DNA from: the human T2T-CHM13v2.0 reference genome, Homo sapiens
Length of the DNA: 64,000 bases
Direction: 5' to 3' (one strand)
NCBI RefSeq assembly: GCF_009914755.1
Contig: NC_060944.1
Positions 12,898-26,149 of this stretch are shown piece after piece (positions within the stretch are counted from its first letter, which is position 1; each line of letters opens with the position of its first letter). Below the pieces are notes generated by a model. It had not been told where the DNA came from and did no database searches. It saw nothing but the letters and a program-made list of their open reading frames with translations. The translations under genes and the position numbers were made by a program.

Positions 12898-13337
12898 TGA
12901 GGCAGGAGAATAGGGAATTGGGGTAACCAAAGGTTAAGACATAAAGAACAGCAGGTGCAGCCAATTTTAGGCAAGATTAGGCAGCACACAGTCCACACCC
13001 TCACTTCTGCAATAATGAGACACAAGGTTCCACTTCAGCCTCTGATTGGTCATGGACCAATCCTTCATAGGGCGTATCCAATCAGATGCCTCTAAAAGAG
13101 CACCTAGAGGTGTTACCAAATTCTTTTAGCTTAATAAAAATCCCTAAAGAACATTGTAATTGGGGCTCTTGAGCAACTTGCTTGAGCCCACTCCCACTCT
13201 GTGAAGTGTACTTTCACATCAGTAAATCTGCACTTTCTTTCGTTGCTTTGTTTTTCTGTTGCTTTGTCTGTGCATTTTGTTCAAGTCTTTGCCAAGAACC
13301 TGGACAACTCACAGTCAGGACTTTCCATCTGGTAACA
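12898..13337 (+). mobile_element. ERV1 solo LTR, MER66-like
   Basis: TGAGGCAGGAGAATAGGG...GGTAACA termini; 4-bp TSD ATAG at 12894-97 and 13338-41. Confidence 0.85.
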
Positions 13338-13454
13338 ATAGCATTAATTGCAGTAAAAGGATGAGCTTTCTCAGGGCAGGCTAAGCCCAGCTGCCCACAG
13401 TCCTGACCACAATACCTGTCCCTTCTGATTTTTTTTTTTTCATTTTTTCCCCAA

Positions 13455-14460
13455 TTTCTTAGCTTTAAAAAATGTCAACTATTCAGAAACATACAGAGTA
13501 GTACAGTGATCACATACCCTTCAAATAGCTTCATCAACTGATAACACCATGTGTGTGGGTCACCTATCTCCACGAGCATTATTTAAAGAAAATTGTGTGT
13601 GCGCATGTGACTGTGTGTGTGTGCATGCATGTGTGCACACAATTGTGCGTGTGTGTTTCCTTTTCTGGCAAAACTATTTGAAAGTATGGTGCAGGGGTCA
13701 TGATAGTTCACCCCTAAACACTTCAGTGTATATCTCCTAAAGAAAAAAATAATTTCTTACATAATCTCAATGCCATTTTCACACCCAAACATTTCATGTT
13801 GATGCAGTGATATAATCTAAAATACAGTCCAAAGTGAGAGCTTTTATTTTCAATTTAGCATCCAATCTAGGACCACACTGCATGGCTTGACATGATTCTT
13901 TCATTCCCTGCAATGTCAAGCAGCGAGTCCATCATTTCATCTCTTGGGATGTTGACTTCTTTGAAGATTCCAGCCAGTCGTATTGTACCAGAAAGCCAAG
14001 AAGTGCTCAAAAGATGATGGAAATTGGTCAAAAGGAAACAGAAGCTATAGTCAGAGGACTTTCAATGGACAAATGTAGAAGTATTTGAGCATCAAAAATA
14101 TATGGGAGCAAGAATGAACACACTGAATTTTTTAAAAAAGGATCTATGAGTTCATAGTGATACTAAAAAAAGCTGATTGGAGCCAGGAAGAATTCTTTAC
14201 AGAATAACAGCAGCTGATATATATGAAGAATGACGGAATTTGAAAATGTTACAATTGACTCATTTGAGGACCATCTGTGGATGCCAAAACCATTGGGGGA
14301 CAGATTTTGAAGAACAGGATATCCATAAGGTCCCAAAGCATCACCGCATATGTTGCTTGGCAATTACACAAGGGAAAAATGATCCTTTGCAATAGAGAAA
14401 TCTGATGGCCAGCACTTTAACCAAGTGCTCAAGCTCAACACGAGCAGTGAACAGACATCT
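13455..14460. mobile_element. Old L1M fragments (L1ME-like minus, then L1MC-like 3' region plus), with a TG-rich tract at 13593-13656
   Basis: Recognisable L1M 3'UTR motifs (e.g. TTTAACCAAGTGCTCAAGCTCAACA). Confidence 0.55.
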
Positions 14461-14684
14461 CAAGCCTCACTCCGGCTGTAATGAGCTGGGCAGAGCCTCC
14501 CTCTGTAGCAATCCTGGCCACGGCATTCGGCCTGCACCTCCCCAGGGAAGAAGCAGACTCGGGCAGACTGTGGCCCTTCTGCAGGCCAGCGACACAGGCT
14601 CGTCTCACTTCACCTGGGTGGTACAGACACTGGTCCACAGACACTCCTTGCTTTGAGCTCTGCCCCGTCCAGACCTGTGCTGGA

Positions 14685-15175
14685 GTTACAGATACAGAGA
14701 TGGATGATTTGCCTTCAAGGATGGGAAGGATGGGAAGGATGCTCAGGAATCTGTGTCCGGGGTCTCTGGCACTTGGACAGCTTCCAAAACAACTGTGACT
14801 CCTCCACTGAAGGAAGAAATGAAAATACACGTATCTGTTGTTTCTTCTTCCTGATCAAACCAGGTGGAACCGTTTAGGAAAAAATCTGTTGTTAGAGGTA
14901 TACTCAGGAACGATTTGTGGACTCTTGGTCGTCCTATCAAGTGAGACATCGGACGAAATAGGGACCACTATCGTCACTCTGCCATCAGGATTCGTGACTG
15001 CAACATCAAAAGGCGCTGTAGAAGCATTGGAAAAGCACCTGGTGTAAAGGGAGCTTTTATCAGTAGTCTGAGCCCCTCTCCATTGCTGCTGCTGTTGGAA
15101 AAGCCAACTTGGCTGCAGACAGTAGCAACAGGCTTCAGAGTCAGCCCAGAAGCAGCAGGAGGTGGAGTCTGCAAC
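14685..15175 (-). other. Repeat-free CpG-retaining segment; speculative decayed bornavirus-N-like (EBLN-like) or processed-pseudogene fragment
   Basis: 9 CpG in ~200 bp at moderate GC. One minus frame (ORFs 14974..15174 and 14743..14949, interrupted by stops) contains GRPRVHKSFLSIPLTTDFFLNGSTWFDQ. The similarity was judged by eye and is weak. Confidence 0.18.
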
Positions 15176-15859
15176 AGCCAAATTAGGGGTGACTTTGCCT
15201 GGGATCTGGGTTCTTTAGAGATGCCAAATATTCACTTCAGAAGGCTGCAGAGGTGGACCCAGGAGGCGTCACTCACTCAGTGCATATTTAAGCAGGGCCG
15301 ACTGTGCACCAGGAACGATTGTAGTCTCTGGCCACAGCAAAGAACAAAACAAAGACCCCTGGCTTCAGGGAGCTCACGACCCACAGAGGGACAGAGGACA
15401 AGCAGGTGACAGCCCAAGACAGTGCACAAAGCAGAAGCTGGTGGTGCCGCCTGGGTCCCGCAGGCCTCAGAGTCTTTGCCCTGCGATGGCTTCTTGCTGC
15501 CCCTGCTCTCCTGCGGCTCCTCCTCAGGCTGCAGGAGCCTGTGTGGCCTGGGAGTGGAGTCCTGGGAAGCTGCCCTGGGTGAACGGAAGCTGGCGGGGAG
15601 CAGACCTGGCTTCCCCGCCTCTCCAGTGCAGTCCTCTGATGCTGCTCCTAAGCGTCTCCATGAGGTCTCCAGTGCAGCTGAGCACCAGCAGCCCACCGTG
15701 GGCACCTCCTACTTATCCCACCAGAAAGGGCATTTTTTCCTTCCCATTTCCCTCCCCACCGTCTTGCCCGAGCTTCCTGGGGACTTCTCCAGGTGAACTG
15801 AGTCATGCCCACTCTCAGAGTCAGCTTCCAGAAGAATCCAACCGAAGGCCATGTGTGAC

Positions 15860-16345
15860 ACGCAAACTATGTCAGATGGTGGGAAGTGCACTGGAAAAAG
15901 ACAAAGCTGGGAAGGGAGGGGGTGGTGGTTGGGGGGCTGTGATTGCTCATGGACATCTGAGGAGCCCCCCAAGAAGGGGGCCTTGCAGCAGCTGCCCAGG
16001 CGGTGAGGGCTCAGCGGGTGGATGTCCCGGAGAGGAGCATCCCAGGGCGGCCAGGACTAAGGGTAAGATCCCGAGGTGGGGAGCTCCTGGCCTGTCCTAG
16101 GAAGACCAAGAGGCCATGTGACCAGAGCAAGGGGACACAGGAGAGAAGCAGGAAAGAGACCAGCAGGTGGAAGGCACCAGAGGCTCAGGGCCCTGTTGAC
16201 CAGGGAAAGGCTGTGGCTGACAGAGTGAGGCTGCAGACCTGGGCTCGGTGCAGGGCATGGCTAATCTGAATCATTGAATAGAATAGACTGTGGTGGAGGC
16301 TAGGCAGGGAGACCAGGGAGGCCCATGGTGTGATCATCCTTCGAG
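15860..16345 (-). mobile_element. L2 fragments
   Basis: Degenerate purine-rich antisense L2 motifs. Confidence 0.5.
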
Positions 16346-16825
16346 AGCAGCCAGGCAGGAGCAGGCAGGTGGGCGGAGTGCAGGAATCAGTCCATGTGGA
16401 CAGCAGAGGGATGGAGGTGCTGAGCGGTCAGAGGGTGGGTGCCAGGAGGGGAGAGGAGCTGGCCATGTCGGCCTGAGCACCTGGGCAGGAATAGCCACCA
16501 TCACGGAGGTGGTGGGGGTGAATTGAGGAGGTGGAGAGGAAAACCCATGACTATTTGAGTTGGAGAGAGCCCAACCACAGCTGAATGCATGAACCTGGAC
16601 ATCAGCTAAAGGTCTGGGCTGGACAGAGAAGTAAACATTTAAAAATAAAAATCAAATCAGGTCAAAATCCCCAAAATATGTCACATGATCCTTTTCAATC
16701 TTGGACCCCCCATCTGTGGAATACATAGACTTGTGATGCAAACTAGGAGCCAGATGAGGACCTATGCTGTTGGAGCTGGACTACATGGATCCCCCACCAT
16801 AGCCCCACACCAACCCATTGCTCTT

Positions 16826-17135
16826 GCCCCGGGCTGGGGTCTCCAGAAGCAGAAACTGAGATGGAGTTTTCAGTTCAAAATACTTCTAAGGACCAACACT
16901 TGTGAAAGGTACTTGGTGGGGAAAGGCACGCTGGGCAGGGGAGAAGTTGATCTTCAAGGCAGGCCTGACGTGGCCTCCACAAATTTGCAGAGGTTCTGAA
17001 ACAAATATTGCTTGTAGGAGTCAACCCATGTTGGGCCCAAATTACCAGGCTTTTATTCCCTGACTTCCCCAGCCACCAGGAGTGAGCTGTCCTGGAAAGG
17101 TCATGACCATGGACAGGAGGGCTCTCTATAGCTTT
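16826..17135 (-). mobile_element. ERVL LTR16/LTR33-type LTR
   Basis: GGGGTCTCCAGAAGCAGAAACTGAGATGGAGTTT antisense 3' end. Confidence 0.5.
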
Positions 17136-17159
17136 ATCCCTTATATATATAAAAAAAAA

Positions 17160-18075
17160 TTGCAAGAAAATCTAAGATATTACAATTATAATCTAGGGAG
17201 GTTGATAAGACTTTACAAACCAAGATGGATAATCTTGATATTTAAAAAACCGAAAATAAAAAAATTTGAAAATTTTGTACATAAAATGATTAAACAAGCT
17301 ATATAAACCTGTATTTGTAAGTGAATACTAGACAAGGAGCTAATTTCTGTAATATACAAATTCTTACAAATTGACAAGAAAAGGAGGTGATAGCTATAAA
17401 GAGGTAATTCACAGAAAAGCATCTCTCTGCTCTTGAACTGCTAGAAATGCAAACTGTAAAAATAAAAGTACCCAAACCTTATCCTAAAATGCACAGATGT
17501 TTACTGCAAGTGTTGTTTATAGCTTCCCAGAACTGGAAACAAAACACATTCCCATTATGAGAAAAATGGCTGAGCATTTTGCATGTATAGCCACCCAATG
17601 GAATTTCCACAGCTATTGTAAAGAACAACTTTAATTTAGAGCCATATAAGATGTCTTGAAGGTATATCAACAAGGAGTTAAGTGATAAAATCAAGATGTA
17701 GAAAAATGTTAGTTATGGGTCTGTCAATCCTGGTGATCTCTTTAAGGAGCTAACTTTTATCTTTGTTAATCTTATCTATTGCCTTTCATGTACTATTTCG
17801 TTTACTTCTGCTCTTCCCTTTACCTACATATTTCATAGATACGTATCGACGTATTCATTGTACATATCTACGTATTAATTCTACATACTTCTGGTTTACT
17901 TTTTTTTCTAGTGTCTTGAGGTAGAATCTTAGGTCACTGATTTTTTACCTTTCTTTTTTGTTATATTACATTACATTACCTTTAAAGATATAATTCTTTC
18001 CCTCTGCACCGCTTTAGCTGTGGCCCCCAAATTTTGATGTTGTATCTTATCATTTGGCAAAATTCCCTCTTAAGT
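17160..18075. mobile_element. Old L1M fragments in both orientations
   Basis: AT-rich L1 ORF2/3'UTR remnants (e.g. GTTGTTTATAGCTTCCCAGAACTGGAAACAA). Confidence 0.55.
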
Positions 18076-18171
18076 TCATTTGGACTAAACACTGGAATGA
18101 TTTAGAACAAAATATGAAGCAAACCATAGTTCAACTGGTGCACAAATTTAGCCAAAAGATCCTCCCTCCAT

Positions 18172-18257
18172 AGCGAAGGTGAGAGGATCGCTTGAGCCCG
18201 GGAGTTCGAAACCAGCCTGGGCAACATGGTGAGACCCTGTCTTTACAAAAGAAAAAC
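18172..18257 (+). mobile_element. FLAM/AluJ fragment
   Basis: GAGGATCGCTTGAGCCCGGGAGTTCGAAACCAGCCTGGGCAACATGG. Confidence 0.85.
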
Positions 18258-19273
18258 AGAAGTTATTGAGGTTTGTAACTTGATATTGTGGCATTAGTTG
18301 GAAAAGCCATTTTACTTCAAAACTGGTTAAAGAGGTTAAAAAAATATTCTATCTGTCAGGAGTGAAACTGAAAGCTAATTGAGAATCCCAGTTGAGATCT
18401 TGGAATTTTGTTTGTGTGCTTTACTTGGAATTGTCCACCTTATGTGCTTACAATGACTGGGTGTCTCCCATTATCTGTACAGCTTTCCCTTAGTAATAGA
18501 ACCCCTGTTAATTAGCAGTTTAGCTGGTGCATGGCAGCCCAGAAGAAGGACGGCCGTTTCCAGCCTTTCTTGCAGCGATGTGTGGTCAGGTGAGTAAGTG
18601 CTGCCCAGTGGAATGTGAGTGCAAGAGTGGCGCCCCTGCCAAGTTGTGCCCAAGGAGGAAAGGGTGTGCCCAGCTCTTTTCTCACTTCTCACTGGCTGAA
18701 ATGCAGACAGGGGTGGGGCATCTGGACCAAGTGAAGGAAGCCAATGGCCTAGGGATAGCAGAGCAAAAAGACAGAGGGAAACGGGGTCCCTCAAAACTTC
18801 ACAAACTGGAACTGGCACACCAGCTCAGCTGTTGACATGAGTGAGAAATGCACTTCCAGCTTGTATAAGCCACTGTCTCTACCACAGTAGCCAAAGCTAA
18901 ATCCCAATGGATCCAGAGCCCAGAGACACCAAGTGATGACCTATGGATATTCTGATCTGGTCTGTGGAGACTGGGTTTCTCTGGGTATTTTCTACACAAT
19001 CAAACTCAATTGAGGATAAATATGCAGGTTTTAGAGCCGTTAAACATAAACTGGGCCAGAAATAGAAGGAGCTGATTTTGTGGGTGGAAAAAATGAGTCC
19101 TAAACAGATGGAATGAATTACTCACCAAAATTAGAAGCATGTTTCCTACAATTTGCATATTAATGGTCTATCCCAAACACAAAGTGAAGGACCACAGGCC
19201 ACATCTGGCTAGAGGATGTGATCAGCCCACAGCACTCGGGTCTGTACAGTTTGTTTTCAACATTTAAAAATGA

Positions 19274-19570
19274 GGCCAGGTGCAGTGGCTCATGCCATAA
19301 TCTCAATACTTTGGGAGGCCAAGGCAGGAGGAACACTTGAGCCCAGGAGTTTGAGACCAGCCTGGGCAACATGGTGAGATCCTGTCTCTACAAAAAAAAA
19401 AAAATTAAAAATGATCTGGGAATCGTGGCGTGTTTCTGTAGTCCCAGCTGCTACTCAGGATGCTGAGGTGGGAGGATCGCTTGAGCCTGGAAGGTCAAGG
19501 CTGCAGTGAGTGGTGATCACATCACTGTACTCCAGCCTGGGTGAGAGTGAGACCTTGTCTCAAAAAAAAA
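19274..19570 (+). mobile_element. AluJ
   Basis: Full dimer with J-type CTTGAGCCCAGGAG and GGTCAAGGCTGCAGTGAG. Confidence 0.95.
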
Positions 19571-19852
19571 TTTTATATTAAAATATAGATTTCCATCTTC
19601 CTCTGAAAAATCAAAGACACAGCAAACTTGTGCCCTTTTTACTGGGTGACTCATGGCCTGAGGATGTCACAGCCACCTCATTGCACCGGCCAGTGAGCCT
19701 AGACTTGCCACAGTGCTCACCACCTGCTGTCCCTCAACAGAGAAGGCGAGAGTCATCACTACTTATTACCTCTCATGCTGCTGGCCTTTATTTCCATTCA
19801 TGAAAACAAATCTTTCTACCCACCTCTCTATTATAAAAATAAATAGATGGAG

Positions 19853-20673
<821 letters not shown>

Positions 20674-20789
20674 TCTTCAACCACACCTTGGTGATTGAGC
20701 CATTTGTGTCCTGCCATTTGTTCTCTGACAGGTACACCTGGCTATTTGTTTCCTTTCATAGTCATTATTATGACCTGAAGTACTGGAGA

Positions 20790-20960
20790 ATGTCATCAAA
20801 TCTAAGATGCCAGCAACTATAAGATGCACCATTATTTTACACACTGCTGAGAAGGGAAAAACACTGACAAACTGCAACACAATGACACTATTAAGATGCA
20901 CTCCAATTTTAAATATTAAAATGTGCAACAAATGGTGTATTTCCAAATCAACAAAATATA
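20790..20960. mobile_element. TcMar-Tc2 (MER104/Kanga-like) MITE
   Basis: Repeated TAAGATGCAC motifs. Confidence 0.45.
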
Positions 20961-22415
20961 TTATGAATTGTGTTTTTTGTCTACCTCCTCCCCAGGAGTG
21001 TAAGCTCCCTGAGGGCAGGGAGGTTGTCTGATTTCTTCCCTGTTGCATCCCAATGTTTGGCTCATGGTAGGGGCTCAAGAGATACTTTTTGGATGAAAGA
21101 ATAACATCCAGCCCTCCATGAGCACTCCTGCTCCTCAGGGTGTAACCCTGGCACACAGCATGCTGAGCCATGGTAGAGCACTTACCACTTTCCTATGATG
21201 ATTTGGAAATGTCCTGTCATCCTCTTTCACCACCGAACCTTCCAGGACCGACTCCATCTTCTCTCCCAGCCTGAGCCAGAGGCTCGAATGAAGGTGGGGA
21301 CTTCCAAGCTTCACTCTCAAGGTCTCCGAGAGCTTTGCCCTTCCCTAGCCCCAACGCTATTGCTGGTTAACTTTCCTGCAGTCTCAGACACCTGGGAGCC
21401 AAAGTCTTATGGAAACAAAATGGAAATGTACATAAGAGCCCTTGGGGATTTGCAGAGGCAACATTCCCAAGGCTTAATCACATGGAATTGTTCATATAGA
21501 GCTTCTTCCAGCTTGATGTGAAGGGATTTAAACCCCTTCCTTCAATTTTATTTCCCAGCCTGCTGTGGGGATGTGTGTAATTCTTATCTCCGTCACAGTT
21601 AATCAAGCGCCCATACTAAGGAGATAACGTCCCTTCCCTCCGCACCTGACTTAGGGAATTAAACGGCTGCATATCTGTTGCTCCAACTGCATGGAAGTCC
21701 ACAGTCCTCCCCAAACCTCACCTCGAGCTTTTCAAGTAATGGATTTCGATAAGGGCATAATAATCACCATCTTCTTTCAGTTTAAAAATGCAGTGCTGGG
21801 TAAAATAATGTTTCTAGTAAGAGCAGAAAACATGGGAATATCGTGGATAAAGTGCAGACAGAAATTGGCGATAAGGGAGGTGGGGAGATGGGAAGCTCTG
21901 GGTGAAGATGAAGATGGGGACAGGGTGGGGATGAGGTCCTGGAGTGCGGGTAATAAGGAAACCTAAAGCTGCCAACATAATTAAGACTGCCCGAGCCAGG
22001 AGACACACGGGGCATTTTTTAAGGATGTAAGGTGTGAGAGGTCATTAAACTAAGTTACCAGAGCTTCCAAGAGACAAGGAGAGTAATTGAATGAGAGGCC
22101 CTGACATTGCAGAAAGTCTAAATTAATTCTTTTCTTGGCTGCTCATGCAGGATGAAAAAGCAGTTACCAGAAATAAAAGATAACCAAAATATTTTTGAAC
22201 ATACACAAAATGAGTGTGTGAGGGGGGAGTATAACTATATACCTACGGAGAGAAGAGAAAGAAGTGGAGAAATGAGGGGGGCAGGGAAAGAAACCCTAAT
22301 AAAGGGAATTGAAAAAATCATTCATTTTTTGATGTTACAGTGGGAGTTTCTGTGACACAAATATACTTGAAAAGCTGCCTTTGACCTGCCTTTTGAGCCA
22401 TAGTTGATACTTACC

Positions 22416-23177
22416 TCATGCAGGGCAGGTAAGCCCCACAGTGGGGCTTAGTTCAGGAGGGTTCTTGGCTTTGTGCAAGAAAGAATTCAAGGGCAAACCG
22501 GAGGCAGAAGAAAACAGCTTTATTAGAGAGCCAGTATTACTGCTCTGTGACCGCTCCTGCAGAGCAGGGCTACCGCATAGGCAGAGAGGAGCAGCTCAGA
22601 GCAGTTTTGCAGTCATATTTATACCCACTTTTGTTTTTGTTTTTGTTTTTGTTTGAGACAGAGTCTCGCTCTGTTGCCCAGGCTGCAGTTCAGTAGGCCA
22701 TCTCAGCTCACTGCAACCTCTGCCTCCTGGGTTCAAGTGATTCTCCTGCCTCAGCCACCTGAGTAGCTGGGATTACAGGTGTGCACCACCACACTCAGCT
22801 AATTTTTATATTTTTAGTAGAGATGGGGTTTTGCCACGTTGGCCAGGCTAGTCTTGGAGTCCTGGCCTCAAGTGATCCACCTCCCTCGGCCTCCCAAAGG
22901 GCTGTGATTACAGGTGTGAGCCACCATGCCCGGCCTTATACCTACTTTTAAAAACATTCTTCTAGGGAAAGGAGAGTAACTTTTGGGTATTCACGTCATT
23001 GCCATGGAAAGGGGTATTAACTCCCGGGTGTTGCCATGGCAATGGTAAACTGACATGGCACACTGGTGGGCATGTCTGATGAAAAGCTGCTTCCACCCAA
23101 GCTCTGTTTTAGCAAGCACAGATTTTGGTCCAGTGTCTGAGCCCCACCTCTGGAGTTGAGTCCCGCCTCCTACCTCA
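22416..23177 (-). mobile_element. ERV1 solo LTR, LTR19-like, split by an Alu
   Basis: GGTTCTTGGCTTTG...AAAGAATTCAAGGGC and CCTCCTACCTCA end; homologous to 36416-36900. Confidence 0.85.
22629..22935 (-). mobile_element. AluS nested in LTR19-like LTR
   Basis: TSD TATACC(C/T)ACTTTT. Confidence 0.95.
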
Positions 23178-23736
23178 CACTTCCAGGTCCCAGGCTTTGC
23201 AGGAACCACAGCAGCCCCTTAGAGCTGTCAGGGAGCCAGGGCCAAGGCCGCATTGCCCATTCTTTGTCCTGTGAATCCTACATCCTCACTGCCTGCACAG
23301 ATGTCCCCAAATCCCCACTCCAGGGTGAGCGCAATACATTCCAACACCACTGCCTGCTCTCTTCTACTCAGAGCTTCACGAATCCCAGAGTGTGAAATCT
23401 TTGCACAAACCAAACATGGCACTCGGTAACATTACATCCTATACAGTCTCTCTTGGTTCTTCCAATTACCTCAAAGAAAACATCTTGATTTGGTGCTGAT
23501 GTGCCTCTCCCACCTCTCCAAGCCCAGCTTTTCATCCTTTCCAACAAAGAAAGAGAAGCCCCCAGGCTTACTGCAGAATATGGCACCTCTGCTTAAGTTT
23601 ACTGTTTTTATTTTTACAGTTACCTTCCTTCCCAGCAAGAGATGCTGGTTTCACATTTACTCTGGATGATTTAAGTGTTTCTTTCAAATAAAAGTTTTTT
23701 AGTGAAAAAAAAATGGGTTTATTTAAAGAAAGCTAT

Positions 23737-23955
23737 CAGAGATCAGCAAACTACAGCCCTGAGGCCAACTGCCTATTTTTGTAAATCAAGTTTTCCTGGG
23801 ACACCGCAGTGCTGATCTGTGTATAAATCGTCTCTGGCTATGGCTGCCTGGCATTATGACAGCAAAGCAGGGCACTTGCAACAGAGGCCATGTGTCCCAC
23901 AAAGCCCAAAATATTCACTCTCTGGCACTTGCCAGAAAATGTTTGGCCACCCCAG
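23737..23955. mobile_element. MER58A (hAT-Charlie)
   Basis: CAGCAAACTACAGCCC...TTTTTGTAAAT...AAAATATTCACTCTCTGGC. Confidence 0.8.
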
Positions 23956-24539
23956 GAGCAAAGGATCATCCTGGGGAAAGTGGAGACAGTGGCAGGTGAA
24001 TGATTTAAATTGAGTAAATAGGGAACCCTGGTTAGGAGCTTGGACCCCAGGGTGAGACAGCACAAGGTGAACCCCAACTCCCCTATAGACCATTGAGTCC
24101 CTTCTCGTGGAGGATCCTAGGCTCCCTCATCTGTAAAGTGGGAGAACAGGCCCCACATGAGGCTCTTGTGCAGACTGGTGAGATACTGCGTGCAAGGCAT
24201 AGGTCTGTGCCTGCCGCAAGGTAGACAGCCAGTAAGTGGCCACCTTGAGTATTACCAGGGCAGGAGGTGAGAAAATCCATTTATCACCAGCTGAGATAAG
24301 AGTTGCCCAGAGAAGAACTATTCAGACTTGAGTAGGGATGTGAAGTTGAGGTCAAAGGCAGGAGGTAGAAAGGGATGGGGTTGCTAAGCAACACATCCAG
24401 ATGCTGGAGGTGGCAGAAGTGGCCAAGGGACCAGGGCACAGATAAAATTACCCACCTGTGTTGCTCCAACGTCACCAGTAAAATCTGTCCGTCACAGCTG
24501 CCAGGAACATGGAATTTGAGAAGACTAATAACAAGGAAA

Positions 24540-25696
24540 GGCCAGGACTGGTGGCTCATGCCTATAGAGCTTCAAGAGGCCAAGGTGGGATGATTGCTTG
24601 AGGCCAGGAGTTCAAGACCAGTGCCAACAAAAAGATTGAAACTCTGTAAAATATTTGAAGAGATTTATTCTGAGCCAAATATGAGTGACCATATTAGGGG
24701 CTCATGACACAGCCCCAGGAGATCCTAGAACATGTGCCCAAGGTGTTGGGCTATGGCTTGGTTTTATATGTTTAAGGGAGACATAAGACATCAATCAATA
24801 CAGGTAAGATATATATTGGTTTGGTCAGGAAAGGTGGGACAACTCGAAGGGTGCGAGGGGTGGGGCTTCCAGGTCATAGGTGGATTCAAAGATTTTCTGA
24901 TTGGCAATTGGTTGAAAGTGCTAACTTATTACCTAAAGTCCTGGAATCAATAGAAGGGAGTGTCTGGGTTAAGATAAGGGGTTATGGAGACCAAGGTTTT
25001 ATCATACAGATGAAGCCTCCAGGAGCAGCCTTCAGAGCTCTAATCAGGCCTAAAAAGGTCTCTTTTTTAGACTCTTAGTTAATTCTCTCCCAGGTCAGGA
25101 ATTAGGCCTGGAAAGGGAAAGAGATTCTCTACAGAATGTAGATTTTTCCCACCAGAGACAGCTTTGCAGGGCCATTTCAAAATAGGTCCAATTAATATAT
25201 TTTAGGGTAAAATACTTGGATTTCTTTCAGAACCTGCTGTCATTTTGTGATGTGTCACAATGCTACAAAGAGTCATTTGTCAGCCTTTAGGTCTCTGCCT
25301 TAATGTTAATGCTGGTCAGCTGTGCCTCAATTCCAACAAGAGGAAGGCATAAGCCATTCCCATCGTGCCCTGCACTCTCGTTCCAGGTTTACTTTGGAAT
25401 GCCCTTTGCTGAGAGGAGGGATCCATTCACTTGGTTGAGGGCCTCAGAATTTTATTTTTTGGTTTACACCAGTCTGGGCAACACAGTGAGAATCTGTCTC
25501 TACAAAAAAAATTTTTTAAAAATTAGCAGGGCATGGTGGCACACACCTGTAGTCTCAGCTACTCAGGAGGCTGAAGCGAGAGGATCGCTTGAGCCCAGGA
25601 GTTCAAGGCTGCAGCAAGCTATGATTGCACCACTGCACTCCAGCCTGGGTGACGGCAAGACCCTGACTCTAAGGAAACAAAAACAAAAAAAAAAAA
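24540..25696 (+). mobile_element. AluJ split by an LTR (Alu parts 24540-24621 and 25469-25696)
   Basis: Alu reads through GAGTTCAAGACCAG | CCAGTCTGGGCAACA across the insertion. Confidence 0.9.
24622..25468 (-). mobile_element. ERV1 MER4-family solo LTR (MER4D/E-like) inserted into Alu
   Basis: TG...TTTGGTTTACA termini; TSD CCAG; TTTATTCTGAGCCAAATATGAGTGACC motif. Confidence 0.85.
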
Positions 25697-25727
25697 TACA
25701 AGGAGGAGCCCACACCATGCTTGGATG

Positions 25728-26149
25728 TGTCAACCTTAAATAATGAGTTTCAGAAATTATGACTAACTATAGTGTTTGAGCTCGAAGCTTGAGGATGACC
25801 ACCCGGAAGCATAGATCCAATTTGCCCTGAACATGCAAGATAATTAGCCAGAGTTACAAGTGGGTTTTTAAGGAAAAAAGAAGAGGCACTTTCTAAGTTG
25901 TTCACCAAGAATTTGCATTAAAATAACACAGACCATTGACTGGCTACACATTGTTCTTTGTATCACAAACTCCAGGAACATCAAGATAATCGGGAAGGCA
26001 GCTAGTCATGACTAAAACGCCTTTAAACTCTTGCTCCTGGGCATGGGGCCAGAGGGGTGACTGAAGTTTCATACTCATGTCTCCCTGGACCTGATACCTT
26101 CTGCATACCTAACATAGCTCAGATTTCTCTGGGCTATTTTTTTTCCCAA
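25728..26149 (-). mobile_element. ERV1 solo LTR, MER65-like
   Basis: TGTCAACCTTAAATAA...GCTATTTTTTTTCCCA; probable TSD GATG. Confidence 0.7.

Noticed and set aside
15441-16100. Longest ORF (219 aa)
   Set aside because: Non-ATG start, low-complexity GC-rich translation, runs into L2, no recognisable homology
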